Assembly: GCA_027023305.1 (NCBI GenBank)
Contig: JALVVR010000041.1
Location: forward strand, 11,029 to 75,028
DNA length: 64,000 bases
Reading direction: 5' to 3'
Origin: Campylobacterales bacterium
Lineage (GTDB): Bacteria > Campylobacterota > Campylobacteria > Campylobacterales > QNZT01
Shown: positions 33,501 through 43,377 of the stretch, piece by piece
Layout: each line of letters opens with the position of its first letter
Numbering within the stretch: position 1 is the first letter of the stretch
The notes under the pieces: model-generated
What the model was told of the DNA's origin: nothing
What the model saw: the letters and a program-made list of their open reading frames with translations, nothing else
Databases searched by the model: none
Program-made: the position numbers and the translations under genes

Positions 33501-34764
33501 AATACTCTTCTTCTTTTAGTGAATTTTCAAAATGATTTTGCATAAAGTCAATTTTTTGCTTACTGTCATGATAGACTTTATTTTCACTATTGATTAAATC
33601 TTTTAACTTATTATATTCACTCTTTTGCCCTGCTACTACTTCTACAAGTTGATATATATCGAGTGAGTTTTGTTCTTGTTTTTTAAGAAAAGATTTTTGA
33701 GTTTGCTTAATCTCTTCATAAGAATTTTTAAAATTTTTAAGCTCAGCTAATGAATCTTTTTGCAAAATAACACTAGCTTTCGCATACTTGTTGTTTTTAT
33801 CTATATATGAATTTATATCATTGCTTTGTTTTAAAAGAGTATTTAAGCTATGAGTTAACTCTTTACTAATCTTTTTATCCTCTTGCATCTGTGCTATCAT
33901 GACTTCAACAACTGATGAAATTTTTTGTTCTACTTTTTTATTTGAATATGAAACTTGATTTATCTCTTTTGTTAAATGAGAAATCTTATCTAAAAATATA
34001 TCCACAAAACTTTGTTGATGAGCTTCTAAGGAGTTAGCAGGAGTTAAGGCTACTGCTCCACTTTCATCAGGAGAGGTTTCTAAAGTTATTTTATTTAACC
34101 AGTTTTCAACTCCTTCACTTAGATTTGCTTGAGCTTTGTTTAAAAGATACCCCTTTATACTCATCAAAATAGCAGATATTACCCCAAACAGTGATGAACC
34201 AAAACCAACAGCCATACTTCCAAGAGGTCCAGCAAATCCTGCCATAATTTTACCTATGTCAACATTACTTCCTGCAAGAGATTTTACAATCCCACCCATA
34301 CTTCCGATAGCTCCCAAAAGTCCAGCAAATGTTCCTAGTAGTCCTATCATCAAAACTGTACCTATAAAAAAGTTATTATATTTGTTTTGATTAGCAAATG
34401 TATCACTCATCCAAGCTAAAAGGTCTTCTTTTTCTTGTTGAGTAAACATTAAATTTCCGCCTTCCACTCTTTTTAAAATCTTATCTGCAAAATTTGTAGG
34501 AAGTACTTTTTCTATACCTTTTAGATAAAAAGAGATGTTATTTTTTTTATACATCAAAACACCAAAAGTTCCAGCCATCATGACAATCTCTTTTGCAGCT
34601 CTTAAAAGCATAAAAGTTCCTATCGCTAAAAGAGAAACTATAGCTATGTTAAATGTAAGTGTAGAGGTAAAGTATATTACAAATGTATCCCAATTTGCAA
34701 CAGCTATAAAATAAACAAAAAGCCATAAAATAAAATAAGCTTTAAAAATTTTTATTCTTTTCAT
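33493..34764 (-). CDS. MotA/ExbB/TolQ-family ion-channel protein with a ~200-aa C-terminal coiled-coil tail
   Basis: 423 aa. The GTVLMIGLLGTFAGLLGAIGSM ... GPLGSMAVGFGSSLFGVISAILMSIKGYL pair of TM helices matches the MotA_ExbB signature (GLLGT.xG). Residues from about 225 to the end are K/E/Q-rich with heptad character. Confidence 0.65.
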   Translation of the reverse strand: MKRIKIFKAYFILWLFVYFIAVANWDTFVIYFTSTLTFNIAIVSLLAIGTFMLLRAAKEIVMMAGTFGVLMYKKNNISFYLKGIEKVLPTNFADKILKRVEGGNLMFTQQEKEDLLAWMSDTFANQNKYNNFFIGTVLMIGLLGTFAGLLGAIGSMGGIVKSLAGSNVDIGKIMAGFAGPLGSMAVGFGSSLFGVISAILMSIKGYLLNKAQANLSEGVENWLNKITLETSPDESGAVALTPANSLEAHQQSFVDIFLDKISHLTKEINQVSYSNKKVEQKISSVVEVMIAQMQEDKKISKELTHSLNTLLKQSNDINSYIDKNNKYAKASVILQKDSLAELKNFKNSYEEIKQTQKSFLKKQEQNSLDIYQLVEVVAGQKSEYNKLKDLINSENKVYHDSKQKIDFMQNHFENSLKEEEYYG

Positions 34765-34773
34765 TTTTTACCT

Positions 34774-35694
34774 TTAAAACAGAAACAAAATCATAGAGAC
34801 TATAAGTCCAAGAGCTACCAAAGTAACACTATTAACTAAGTTTTTTATCAGGTTTACAAAGCTGTTTTTTTCACTTGTATGCTCACCTATGACAACTATA
34901 CCTATATCATTTCCTTCATAGTCATATATAGGTTTAGTTACAAAAAAGAAATCACTATCTTTGGCATATCCATTTTTTAAAAAATCTTTCATGTTAAGTG
35001 CTTTTATATGTGCTATAAAAGAGTTATCAAAAGCAGAGTTATTGATATAAAATTTTTCATAGAACTTGGAAAAGTGTTTCTTTTTGTTTATCAAAGATAT
35101 TTTATTTATACTTGCATCATTTAAAAAGTAAGCCCACTCTAGATTTTCTTTATTGTAAAGAGTAATCATACTTTTTGCATCTTTTTTAAGTTCTACTATC
35201 ATTCTTGAAGTATTTGTCTCAGCTAGTGGCATAAGTGAAGTAAAGTACAATCCATCTTCATAGACATTAAGTCCACTTTTTGCTTTGAAGTTTGAAAGTT
35301 TATCTTGAATAATAAAGTCAACTTTATAATCATTTGTTGCAGTGGAAGAGTTTATCTTTGTAGTTATGGCATTTGATAATTGTTTTAATTTTTGAGTTTT
35401 ATTTTCATCATTACTTTTAAAAAGATCTATTGCTAAACCATTTGTAGTAATAGTTGAAGTAGTTGCTAAAACTAACTCTTTTTGTATAGAGATTTGGTTT
35501 TTGATATGTAAAAGATAGTGAATTTTTTGATTTTCATAAGTTTTTTTAGCAACATCACCCACCAAAAAGTTTACAAAATAAAGTGATGCAAATATACCCA
35601 TCAGTGAAATTACTGTCAAAGTAGTAAACCATAACCCTTTATTTTTCTTAAATTTTTCAAATAGTGAAGCTATCCACTTTATAAAACTAAACAT
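34774..35694 (-). CDS. two-TM membrane protein with a periplasmic Cache-like domain and no cytoplasmic output domain
   Basis: 306 aa. TM helices at about residues 22-45 and 285-306. The intervening ~240 aa end in FFFVTKPIYDYEGNDIGIVVIG, typical of Cache/PDC sensor folds. It is the first gene of the operon. RBS is AGAGG. Confidence 0.5.
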   Translation of the reverse strand: MFSFIKWIASLFEKFKKNKGLWFTTLTVISLMGIFASLYFVNFLVGDVAKKTYENQKIHYLLHIKNQISIQKELVLATTSTITTNGLAIDLFKSNDENKTQKLKQLSNAITTKINSSTATNDYKVDFIIQDKLSNFKAKSGLNVYEDGLYFTSLMPLAETNTSRMIVELKKDAKSMITLYNKENLEWAYFLNDASINKISLINKKKHFSKFYEKFYINNSAFDNSFIAHIKALNMKDFLKNGYAKDSDFFFVTKPIYDYEGNDIGIVVIGEHTSEKNSFVNLIKNLVNSVTLVALGLIVSMILFLF

Positions 35695-35725
35695 ATTAAA
35701 CTACCTCTTTTACTTTCTAGGGGTA

Positions 35726-35752
35726 ATATCGGCAATATAATTAAAAGTTTTA
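35726..35752 (-). promoter_or_regulatory. sigma28-type promoter in front of the Cache-like/MotA-like/MotB-like operon
   Basis: The minus strand reads TAAA-N15-GCCGATAT. The -10 element ends 31 nt upstream of the ATG at 35694. The extended -10 region (TTGCCGATATT) is identical to the one at the giant gene promoter. Confidence 0.55.
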
Positions 35753-35770
35753 TATTTTTTTTGAAAAAAA

Positions 35771-36232
35771 TTAAAATTTAACTTTAGATTGTCTTATGGC
35801 ATCATATAAAACTATACCTACACTTATAGCTAAGTTTAAACTTCTTCCTTTTTCTCCCATAGGGATAGTTATCATGTTGTTTTCATTTTTTTGCATAAAT
35901 TCTTGTGGCATTCCACTTGTTTCACTTCCAAAGATTAGAAAATCACCATCTTCAAACTTAGCATCATGATAGAGTTTTTTAGCTTTTGTGGTGGAAAAGA
36001 AAAATCTTTGCAGACTACTTTTATGAGTTTGCAAAAACTCATCTAAACTTTCATAAACTCTTAAATCTAAATCTTTCCAGTAATCAAGCCCTGCTCGTCT
36101 AACTGCTTTCTCACTCAAATCAAATCCTATGGGTTTTATGATATGAAGTGTAGAGTTTGTATTTACACAAAGTCTGCCTATTGTTCCAGTATTTTGGGGG
36201 ATTTGTGGGTTTACTAAGACTATATTAAACAT
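35771..36232 (-). CDS. trmL: tRNA (cytidine/uridine-2'-O-)-methyltransferase TrmL (SpoU/TrmH family)
   Basis: 153 aa. The N-terminus IVLVNPQIPQNTGTIGRLC and the motif LIFGSETSG.P are typical of TrmL. Confidence 0.85.
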   Translation of the reverse strand: MFNIVLVNPQIPQNTGTIGRLCVNTNSTLHIIKPIGFDLSEKAVRRAGLDYWKDLDLRVYESLDEFLQTHKSSLQRFFFSTTKAKKLYHDAKFEDGDFLIFGSETSGMPQEFMQKNENNMITIPMGEKGRSLNLAISVGIVLYDAIRQSKVKF

Positions 36233-36642
36233 TATTTCTCTTTTGTTATTTCATTTTTTATGATTTTTTTACTTTTTAGTTTTTCAACTAATTTTTCTAA
36301 ATCTATTTGATTTACTATTTGCATATCATCTATATATATATTTGAAACATTTATATTATGCTTTTTTAAAAGATAGTTTTTTAAAAGTTTTTTAAAATTC
36401 TCTTTTGTTTGTGAAGTAAAAAGACTCTCTATATAAAAACTACTTATCACAATATTTAATCCATCTTTTAGCTTATACTCTGGAGTTGGAAGGGTTGAGT
36501 TTATGTCAAATACTAAATCTAACTTTATCTTTTTAAGATTTTGTGAGTTTTTGGAAAAGATATCTGTTTGAAAGTTATCTATTTTTACAGTTTGTGCCAA
36601 AAGTGGCACAACTGTAAGAAGAGTAAAAGTCAATCTTTTCAT
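36232..36642 (-). CDS. small secreted protein, FliL-like
   Basis: 136 aa with a signal peptide. Pattern [12 protein letters not shown]...[34 protein letters not shown]...[12 protein letters not shown] resembles the FliL family. The gene overlaps htpG (4 nt) and trmL (1 nt). Confidence 0.35.
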   Translation of the reverse strand: MKRLTFTLLTVVPLLAQTVKIDNFQTDIFSKNSQNLKKIKLDLVFDINSTLPTPEYKLKDGLNIVISSFYIESLFTSQTKENFKKLLKNYLLKKHNINVSNIYIDDMQIVNQIDLEKLVEKLKSKKIIKNEITKEK

Positions 36643-38474
36643 AGTGAAGATGCAAGTAGAGAGCTGACTTTTTGAGTAAAATCACTTAAATCTTTTAACT
36701 TCATGCCCTCATTTAGTTTAGCTATATCTAAAAGCAGTGTTGAAACCTCTTTTATCTTTGCTAAATCATCACTATCTTTAAGTTTTTTAAATATCTCATG
36801 AGAAGGATTTATCTCTAAGATTGGTTTAACTTCAGGTAAATCTGTTTGTCCCATCTGTTTTAGCATTTGTTGCATACTGAAATCTGGGTCATTTTTATCA
36901 TATACTAAACAAGCTGGAGATTTTTTAAGTCTATTTGTAACTTTTACATCTTTTACTTCATCTTTAAGCTCTTCTTTTATTTTCACTGTTACAGATGTAA
37001 ACTCTTTAGCTATCTCTTCTATATCCTTATCATCACTCTCAACTTCTGTTACTGATTTTAAAGATTTTTCTTTGAAGGTATGGATTTGAGGTATGATAAT
37101 ACTATCTACTTCATCATCCATCAAAAGGACTTCTATGCCTTTTTCGTTAAACTCTTCAAGATGAGGAGAGTTTTTGAGTGTTGAGTAATCCTCTCCCACT
37201 AAGTAATATATCTCTTTTTGATCTTCACTCATATTTTTCACATAAGTTTCTAAGTCAACTAACTCTTCAGATTTGTTTGTTTTGAAAAGTAGAAGTTCAA
37301 GAAGTGTATCACGGTTATCAAACTCACTCATGATACCCTCTTTTAGTACCTTTCCAAACTCAGCATAAAACTCTTTATACTTATCAAAATCTTTATTTTT
37401 CAGCTTTTTAAGCTCGCTTAAAATCTTTTTAACAGAGGCTTTTTTAACTTTAGTTAAGATGATATTTTCTTGTAAAATCTCACGACTTACATTTAGTGGT
37501 AAATCTTCTATATCAAATATACCTCTAACAAATCTTAGATATGTAGGCAACAACTCTTTATCGTCATCACTGATAAATACCCTTTTAACATATAGTTTAA
37601 CTCCACTTTGATAATCAACTCTATATAGGTCAAATGGTGCTTTTTTGGGTATATAAAACAAAGTTGTGTATTCTAAAGTACCCTCTGCTCTTGTATGGAT
37701 ATGTAAAAGTGAATCATCTGAGTCATGAAAAGTTTGTTTATAAAAGTTGTTATAATCATCATCTTTTAGTTCACTTTTACTAACTCTCCAAAGAGCTGAA
37801 GCTTTGTTTATCTGCTCCTCTTTTATCTCTTTTTTACCATCTTTTTCTTCCTCTTTTTCTATGAAAATAGGAAATGGGATATGATTTGAATATTTTGATA
37901 TGATAGATTCTAATCTATAATCTTGCAAATACTCATCTGCATCATCTCTTAAGTGTAGGATTATCTCTGTACCAACACTCTCTTTTTCTATCTGGCTTAT
38001 CTCATAGCTACTTCCAGCTTCACTTTCCCACTTGTATGCTTTATTACTTCCAGCTTTTTTTGTTAGTACCGTTATCTTATCAGCAACCATAAAAGCTGAG
38101 TAAAAACCAACTCCAAACTGTCCGATAAGATCACTTTGTTTCTCTTTATCCTCTTTTATGGACTCTATAAAGCTTTTTGTACCACTTTTAGCGATAGTTC
38201 CTAAAGAGTTTTTCAAATCCTCTTCATCCATACCTATACCGTTGTCTATGATTGTAAGAGTTTTTTCATCTTTGTTTGCTTTTATCAAAATCTTTGGATT
38301 ATAATCATAATCTTTAAACTTTTCATCTGTTAAAGTTAAGTACTTTAGCTTATCAAGTGCATCAGATGAGTTTGAGATAAGCTCTCTTAAAAAAATCTCT
38401 TTATTTGAGTAGAGTGAGTGAATCATGAGATTTAAAAGTTCACTAACCTCTGTTTGATATTCATATTTGCTCAT
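36639..38474 (-). CDS. htpG: molecular chaperone HtpG (Hsp90)
   Basis: 611 aa. [37 protein letters not shown] and [16 protein letters not shown] are Hsp90 signatures. Confidence 0.95.
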   Translation of the reverse strand: MSKYEYQTEVSELLNLMIHSLYSNKEIFLRELISNSSDALDKLKYLTLTDEKFKDYDYNPKILIKANKDEKTLTIIDNGIGMDEEDLKNSLGTIAKSGTKSFIESIKEDKEKQSDLIGQFGVGFYSAFMVADKITVLTKKAGSNKAYKWESEAGSSYEISQIEKESVGTEIILHLRDDADEYLQDYRLESIISKYSNHIPFPIFIEKEEEKDGKKEIKEEQINKASALWRVSKSELKDDDYNNFYKQTFHDSDDSLLHIHTRAEGTLEYTTLFYIPKKAPFDLYRVDYQSGVKLYVKRVFISDDDKELLPTYLRFVRGIFDIEDLPLNVSREILQENIILTKVKKASVKKILSELKKLKNKDFDKYKEFYAEFGKVLKEGIMSEFDNRDTLLELLLFKTNKSEELVDLETYVKNMSEDQKEIYYLVGEDYSTLKNSPHLEEFNEKGIEVLLMDDEVDSIIIPQIHTFKEKSLKSVTEVESDDKDIEEIAKEFTSVTVKIKEELKDEVKDVKVTNRLKKSPACLVYDKNDPDFSMQQMLKQMGQTDLPEVKPILEINPSHEIFKKLKDSDDLAKIKEVSTLLLDIAKLNEGMKLKDLSDFTQKVSSLLASSL

Positions 38475-38502
38475 AATATTTCCTCCATATTGTTTTTTGG
38501 AG

Positions 38503-38511
38503 ATTTTAGCA
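38503..38511 (-). promoter_or_regulatory. extended -10 promoter element TGCTAAAAT (htpG)
   Basis: The minus strand reads TTTGCTAAAAT. The start-codon-proximal end of the element (38503) lies 29 nt from the ATG at 38474. The same 9-mer at the same spacing occurs upstream of glyS. Confidence 0.45.
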
Positions 38512-38527
38512 AATTAAAGTTAAAAAG

Positions 38528-39208
38528 TCAAGTAAGTTGAGTGTGTTTTGCTAAAGTTTCTTTCATATCTTCTTGAACTTTATTGTACCAATCTTTATTT
38601 TCATTTGGATTAATAGGATCTAAATATATCACTTTTATCTCTCCACTTTGGCTAGTAAGATTTTGAGAATCAAAAACCTTTCTACTTCCTACTATAACAA
38701 CTGGTTGAACTTTTAGTTTTAGTTTTTCAGCCAAAACTCTAGTTCCATCTTTAAACTTTAAAATCTTATCTCCTCTTCCTCTTGTTCCTTCTGGAAAGAT
38801 AGCTATCACTCTATTATGAGCTAACCTATCCTTTACATCTTTAAAAAGCTTTATAAGTGAACTTTTACTCTCCCTATCTATTGTAATCATTTTTGGGATT
38901 GAGAGGATATTCCCCCATATTGGAATCTGGGCAATCTCTTTTTTAGCGACCCATGCTAGATTTGCTGGATGAAGTTCTTCTAAAACTACTATATCTAAGA
39001 TACTTTGATGATTTATAAGAAGCATTTTTACTTCACTATCTGGTGAGCCTTCAGTTTTTATACTATATCCTATTAAGTGTTTTTGCATCTTTGCCCAAGC
39101 TCTTCTTATAGCTCTGTTTTGCTTATTAAAAAGCTTCATAAGCACTATAATAACTAAAACTGTCAAGGCAAATTCAACAACGATATATAAAGCTTTTAAT
39201 CTCTTCAC
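38528..39208 (-). CDS. plsC: 1-acyl-sn-glycerol-3-phosphate acyltransferase
   Basis: 226 aa. Contains the HX4D motif NHQSILD and the FPEGTR motif. Confidence 0.85.
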   Translation of the reverse strand: MKRLKALYIVVEFALTVLVIIVLMKLFNKQNRAIRRAWAKMQKHLIGYSIKTEGSPDSEVKMLLINHQSILDIVVLEELHPANLAWVAKKEIAQIPIWGNILSIPKMITIDRESKSSLIKLFKDVKDRLAHNRVIAIFPEGTRGRGDKILKFKDGTRVLAEKLKLKVQPVVIVGSRKVFDSQNLTSQSGEIKVIYLDPINPNENKDWYNKVQEDMKETLAKHTQLT

Positions 39209-40419
39209 TACTTTTTAACCCATCCTATCTTTTGATTTTCTAAGATAACTTTATAGTAACCTTCCCTCTCATAAGCAACATTTGCTTTTGTATCTTTTGG
39301 TACTATATAAAAGATTGTAGAGTTAAATGTAGGTAGTATTTTTAAGCCTGTACCTTTTTTCAGTAAAACAGTTTTCATAGGGATATTTAAGTAAGCTGTG
39401 TAGCCTAGTAAAAGTATCGCAAAAAATAGACTTAGTAAACTTTTTGATTTTAAAAATAGAAGTAAAAACAAAACTCCAAGCCCAAGTAACACCATACTTT
39501 TATAAAATGCAAACTTGTTTTTAGTAGGATTCAGATCTGTTTGAGTACTTACTGATTGATCTTTTAGATTTATGTTAAAAGATTTTAACTCATATCTGTT
39601 TGATTTTGGATTAAAATAGTTAAACTTAAAAGTCTCTAAACTATTTGGTATAAGTGCAAATCCAAATATTTTTTGACTCTCACCACTATCTTTAAACTCA
39701 TCTATACCACTCTTTTTAGCATAAGGGATTTTGAAATCATCTAAGTTAGAGTTAGTTGCATTTAACTCTAGTAAAACTATGTTTGACTTATCATCATAAA
39801 CCTTTTCGGAGTGGTTTATAATCTCTAAATTGTCTGCTATAACACCACTAAAAAGTTCCTTTGAAGCTAGTTTTACTATTTTTATAGGTGGTAAAGTTAT
39901 ACTTGCTTTATTTTTAAATCCTTTTTCAAATTCAACAACTACATTTATTTTTGGAGTTGCAGAAATAAGACTTAAATATTTTATATATATTGACTTTATA
40001 TATCTGTTTTCATCTACTTTTTGCCACTCTTTATTTGGATTAAAGATTTTGTAATCTTTGCTATCTTTAAAACTTAGTTTTATACTTTTAACATCATCTC
40101 TAGCGATTGTTGCTTTTATCGTTATCTTTACTCTCTGGTTTTGTATAGCTGATGAAGGAGGATTTTGTAGATTTAAAAAGACATTATTGTTTGAATATAT
40201 CTTTTTGGGTTCTTCTTTTTTTTCTAAAGTATCCACATCTTTTAGCAGTTCTTGGGAGTTTTTTTGTAACTCTTCAGGACTAACAACTTCTCCATCATCA
40301 CTAGGAGTAGAGTCATAATCCATCAAAACTTCTTGTGATGGAGATAAGTTTGCATCCATTATTATCTCTGCTTGTAAAGATGTCCATACAAAAAACAGAG
40401 ATAATAAAATAATTTTCAT
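39208..40419 (-). CDS. membrane protein with a BatD-like periplasmic region, two TM helices and a C-terminal SH3b-like domain
   Basis: 403 aa with a signal peptide. TM pair at about residues 305-345. The C-terminus VAYEREGYYKVILENQKIGWVKK is SH3b-like. Function unknown. Confidence 0.4.
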   Translation of the reverse strand: MKIILLSLFFVWTSLQAEIIMDANLSPSQEVLMDYDSTPSDDGEVVSPEELQKNSQELLKDVDTLEKKEEPKKIYSNNNVFLNLQNPPSSAIQNQRVKITIKATIARDDVKSIKLSFKDSKDYKIFNPNKEWQKVDENRYIKSIYIKYLSLISATPKINVVVEFEKGFKNKASITLPPIKIVKLASKELFSGVIADNLEIINHSEKVYDDKSNIVLLELNATNSNLDDFKIPYAKKSGIDEFKDSGESQKIFGFALIPNSLETFKFNYFNPKSNRYELKSFNINLKDQSVSTQTDLNPTKNKFAFYKSMVLLGLGVLFLLLFLKSKSLLSLFFAILLLGYTAYLNIPMKTVLLKKGTGLKILPTFNSTIFYIVPKDTKANVAYEREGYYKVILENQKIGWVKK

Positions 40420-41091
40420 TTAACTAATAAGCCCTTCAAGCATTTTAACACCATCTTTACTCTTTAGTAGCTCTTTCATAGCCCTTTCTGGATGAGGCAT
40501 AAGTCCAAAGACATTTTTATTTTCATTACAGATACCTGCTATTGAGTCAACTGAGCCATTTGGATTTTTTATCTCTCCCTCTTCATCAGTGTATTTTAAA
40601 AGAACTTGTCCATTTTTATACATCATTTCTATCTCATCAGGAGTATTATAATAATTCCCCTCAGCATGAGCGATAGGGATATTTACTACTTCATCAACTT
40701 CTAGTTTTGATAAAAATTTATTTTCTTTATCAACTACTTTCAAGTGGTGATGTTTAGAGATAAAGTGTAAGTTTTCATTTCTTCTCATAGCACCTGGAAG
40801 TAAACCTGATTCTACTAAGATTTGAAATCCATTACAAATTCCAAGAGTTAAACCACCCTCATCTGCTCTTTTTTTAACAGCTTTCATGATAGGAGAAAAC
40901 TTAGCGATAGCCCCACTTCTTAGATAATCCCCATAGCTAAAACCACCAGGAAGTACTACTAAGTCAGCTTCTGGCAACTCTTCTTCTTTATGCCAAACAG
41001 TGCTTACTTCACATCCAAGCTCTTCAAATGCCCACTTTGTGTCAAAATCACAATTTGTTCCAGCAAATGTTACAACACAGACTTTTTTCAT
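40420..41091 (-). CDS. purQ: phosphoribosylformylglycinamidine synthase subunit PurQ (glutaminase)
   Basis: 223 aa. Motifs FAGTNCD, LPGGFSYGDYLR, GICNGFQIL and MPHPER. Confidence 0.95.
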   Translation of the reverse strand: MKKVCVVTFAGTNCDFDTKWAFEELGCEVSTVWHKEEELPEADLVVLPGGFSYGDYLRSGAIAKFSPIMKAVKKRADEGGLTLGICNGFQILVESGLLPGAMRRNENLHFISKHHHLKVVDKENKFLSKLEVDEVVNIPIAHAEGNYYNTPDEIEMMYKNGQVLLKYTDEEGEIKNPNGSVDSIAGICNENKNVFGLMPHPERAMKELLKSKDGVKMLEGLIS

Positions 41092-41324
41092 ATCACTATC
41101 TCATAATCTTCTATAACAGTATTTGCTAAAAGCTCCTCTGCCATCTTTGAAGCTTGTTCTTTTGCTTTCTTCTCATCACTTTCATCTAACTCTAAAACGA
41201 TTTGTTTTCCTATCCTAACACCTTCTATGTTTGAAAATCCCAAAGAACTTAAGGCATGAGATACTGCTTTTCCTTGAGGATCTAGTACACCCTCTTTTAG
41301 TTTGATATTTACAACTACTTTCAC
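41088..41324 (-). CDS. purS: phosphoribosylformylglycinamidine synthase subunit PurS
   Basis: 78 aa. KEGVLDPQGKAVSHALSSLGF is typical of PurS. It lies between purC and purQ. Confidence 0.9.
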   Translation of the reverse strand: MKVVVNIKLKEGVLDPQGKAVSHALSSLGFSNIEGVRIGKQIVLELDESDEKKAKEQASKMAEELLANTVIEDYEIVI

Positions 41325-42040
41325 TACTTCTCCTCTAAAATTCTGTTTAATACTTCTTCATAAGCTACTTTTACACTACCAAGACCTTGTCTAAATCTAT
41401 CTTTATCCATCTTCTCATTTGTGTCCATATCCCAAAATCTACAACTATCTGGACTTATTTCATCACTAAGGATTATCTCTCCATCTCTGTCTATACCAAA
41501 CTCTACTTTGAAATCCACAAGGTTTAGTCTTCTTTTAACAAAAAACTCTTTTAAAACTTCGTTTATCTTTTTACCTTTCTCTACCAACTCTTCAAGTTGC
41601 TCTCTTTTTTCAACAAGTCCCATAAGTAGTGCATGTTGACTACAAATTATAGGGTCATTTAAGTCATCCTCTTTATAGTAAAACTCTACTAAAGTAAAAG
41701 GTAAAACTTTTCCATCTTCGATACCTAATCTTTTGCTTAAACTTCCAGTTGCAGTATTTCTAACAACTACTTCGATAGGTATTATATCAACTTTTTTTAC
41801 TAATTGATTGTTTTTATCAAGTGTTTCTACTAGATGAGTTTTTATTCCATTTTCTTCTAACAGTTTGAAAAGGTTAGCACTTATTTGACAGTTAATAGCA
41901 CCTTTTCCATCTTCGCTACCTTTTTTTTGGGCATTAAAAGCTGTAAGATCATCTTTAAACTCAGCTATCAAAAGATTTTTATCGTCAGTCTTATAAAGCT
42001 TTTTTGCTTTTCCCTCGTATAGTAACTCTCTTTTTTCCAC
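41324..42040 (-). CDS. purC: phosphoribosylaminoimidazole-succinocarboxamide (SAICAR) synthase
   Basis: 238 aa. Motifs [19 protein letters not shown] and DSCRFWD. Confidence 0.95.
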   Translation of the reverse strand: MEKRELLYEGKAKKLYKTDDKNLLIAEFKDDLTAFNAQKKGSEDGKGAINCQISANLFKLLEENGIKTHLVETLDKNNQLVKKVDIIPIEVVVRNTATGSLSKRLGIEDGKVLPFTLVEFYYKEDDLNDPIICSQHALLMGLVEKREQLEELVEKGKKINEVLKEFFVKRRLNLVDFKVEFGIDRDGEIILSDEISPDSCRFWDMDTNEKMDKDRFRQGLGSVKVAYEEVLNRILEEK

Positions 42041-42053
42041 TCTTTCTCCTAAT

Positions 42054-43358
42054 CTATTTTTTTATTATTTGCTGTATTTTTATAGCATCTATTGCACATT
42101 TTAGCTGAGCATCTTTTTTGATATCTTCTTTTTTGATGATTTTTTTATCATCTTTATCTTTTTTAACTTTAGTTGCTTTAGTAGTATTTTTGTCTTCAGT
42201 TTTAGCAAGTTCAACAGTTAAATGCTTTTTAAGCTCTGCCTCTTTTAAAGTAAATTCATCATCTTTTGAAGTTTTTATCTCTCCAGGAAGTACTTCTATA
42301 TCTGGTGTAACACCTTTTGCTTGGATAGTTCTACCACTTGGAAGATAGTATCTTGCAACTGTAAGTCTTAATCCCTCTCCATTCCCCATAGGAAGGATAA
42401 CTTGAACACTACCTTTTCCAAAAGTTTTTTCACCAACTATAATAGCTCTTTTATCATCTTGCAAAGCCCCACTTGTAATCTCACTCGCACTTGCACTTCC
42501 ACCATTTACAATAACTGCCATAGGAATGTTTTTATATGTACCCTCTTTAGTAGCTTTATATGCTGTATCTTCGCTTTTTATTCTACCTTTTTGGGAAACT
42601 ATCACTCCACTATCAACAAAAGTATCAACAAGTCCTACTGCCTGGTCAAGTAATCCTCCTGGATTGTTTCTTAAATCTAAGATTATCCCTTTTATATTTT
42701 TATTCTCTTTTAAAGCTTTATGAACACCTTTGACAACTTTTTTATCAAAGCTAGTAACTCTTAGGTAAAGGATGTTTGTTCCCTCTATCTTTTTAGTATA
42801 TACTGATTGGATTTTTATAATATCTCTTATGATAGTGAATTTTAAAGGTTTACTCTCACCTTTTCTGACGATAGTAAGGTTTATCTTTGTTTTAACTTTT
42901 CCTCTCATGATTTTTACAGCTTCATCTATAGTCATGTTTAGAGTTGATTTGTTGTTTATCTTCAAGATTATATCACCAGCTTTTAACCCTGCTTTATCAG
43001 CTGGAGTTCCCTCTAATGGTGCGATAACAGTTAAAGCACCATCTCTCATACCAACTGTAATTCCCAGTCCTCCAAACTCTCCGTTTGTTTGAGTCTTCAT
43101 ATCATCAAAATCTTTTTTAAGCATATATGAAGAGTGTGCATCAAGGTTTGACATCAACCCCTGCAAAGACTTGTTTATAATATCAGTTATATTTTCATCG
43201 TCAACATAGTATTTTTCAACTGTTTGGATGACTTTTGTGTATTTTGCTAAAGCTTCTAATCTATCTTGAGACATGTTTACCATGTTAGATTTTGCTAAAA
43301 GTGTTGAAGAAGCGATAACACTTCCTATCATAAGACCTAAAATTTTTTTGTTAATCAT
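42054..43358 (-). CDS. ctpA: carboxy-terminal processing protease (S41 family, PDZ domain)
   Basis: 434 aa. Contains GGLGITV...[21 protein letters not shown] (PDZ domain), [10 protein letters not shown], and the GSASASEI catalytic Ser context. Confidence 0.9.
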   Translation of the reverse strand: MINKKILGLMIGSVIASSTLLAKSNMVNMSQDRLEALAKYTKVIQTVEKYYVDDENITDIINKSLQGLMSNLDAHSSYMLKKDFDDMKTQTNGEFGGLGITVGMRDGALTVIAPLEGTPADKAGLKAGDIILKINNKSTLNMTIDEAVKIMRGKVKTKINLTIVRKGESKPLKFTIIRDIIKIQSVYTKKIEGTNILYLRVTSFDKKVVKGVHKALKENKNIKGIILDLRNNPGGLLDQAVGLVDTFVDSGVIVSQKGRIKSEDTAYKATKEGTYKNIPMAVIVNGGSASASEITSGALQDDKRAIIVGEKTFGKGSVQVILPMGNGEGLRLTVARYYLPSGRTIQAKGVTPDIEVLPGEIKTSKDDEFTLKEAELKKHLTVELAKTEDKNTTKATKVKKDKDDKKIIKKEDIKKDAQLKCAIDAIKIQQIIKK

Positions 43359-43377
43359 AACAACTCCATTTAAATTT

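Noticed and set aside
32856-34764. Calling the MotA-like/MotB-like pair a Zorya (ZorAB) anti-phage system.
   Set aside because: No ZorC/D/E-type effector gene follows, because the next gene is the convergent tolC. The tail (~200 aa) is much shorter than typical ZorA tails. A sigma28-type promoter points to a motility or envelope role. I kept the resemblance only as an architectural analogy.
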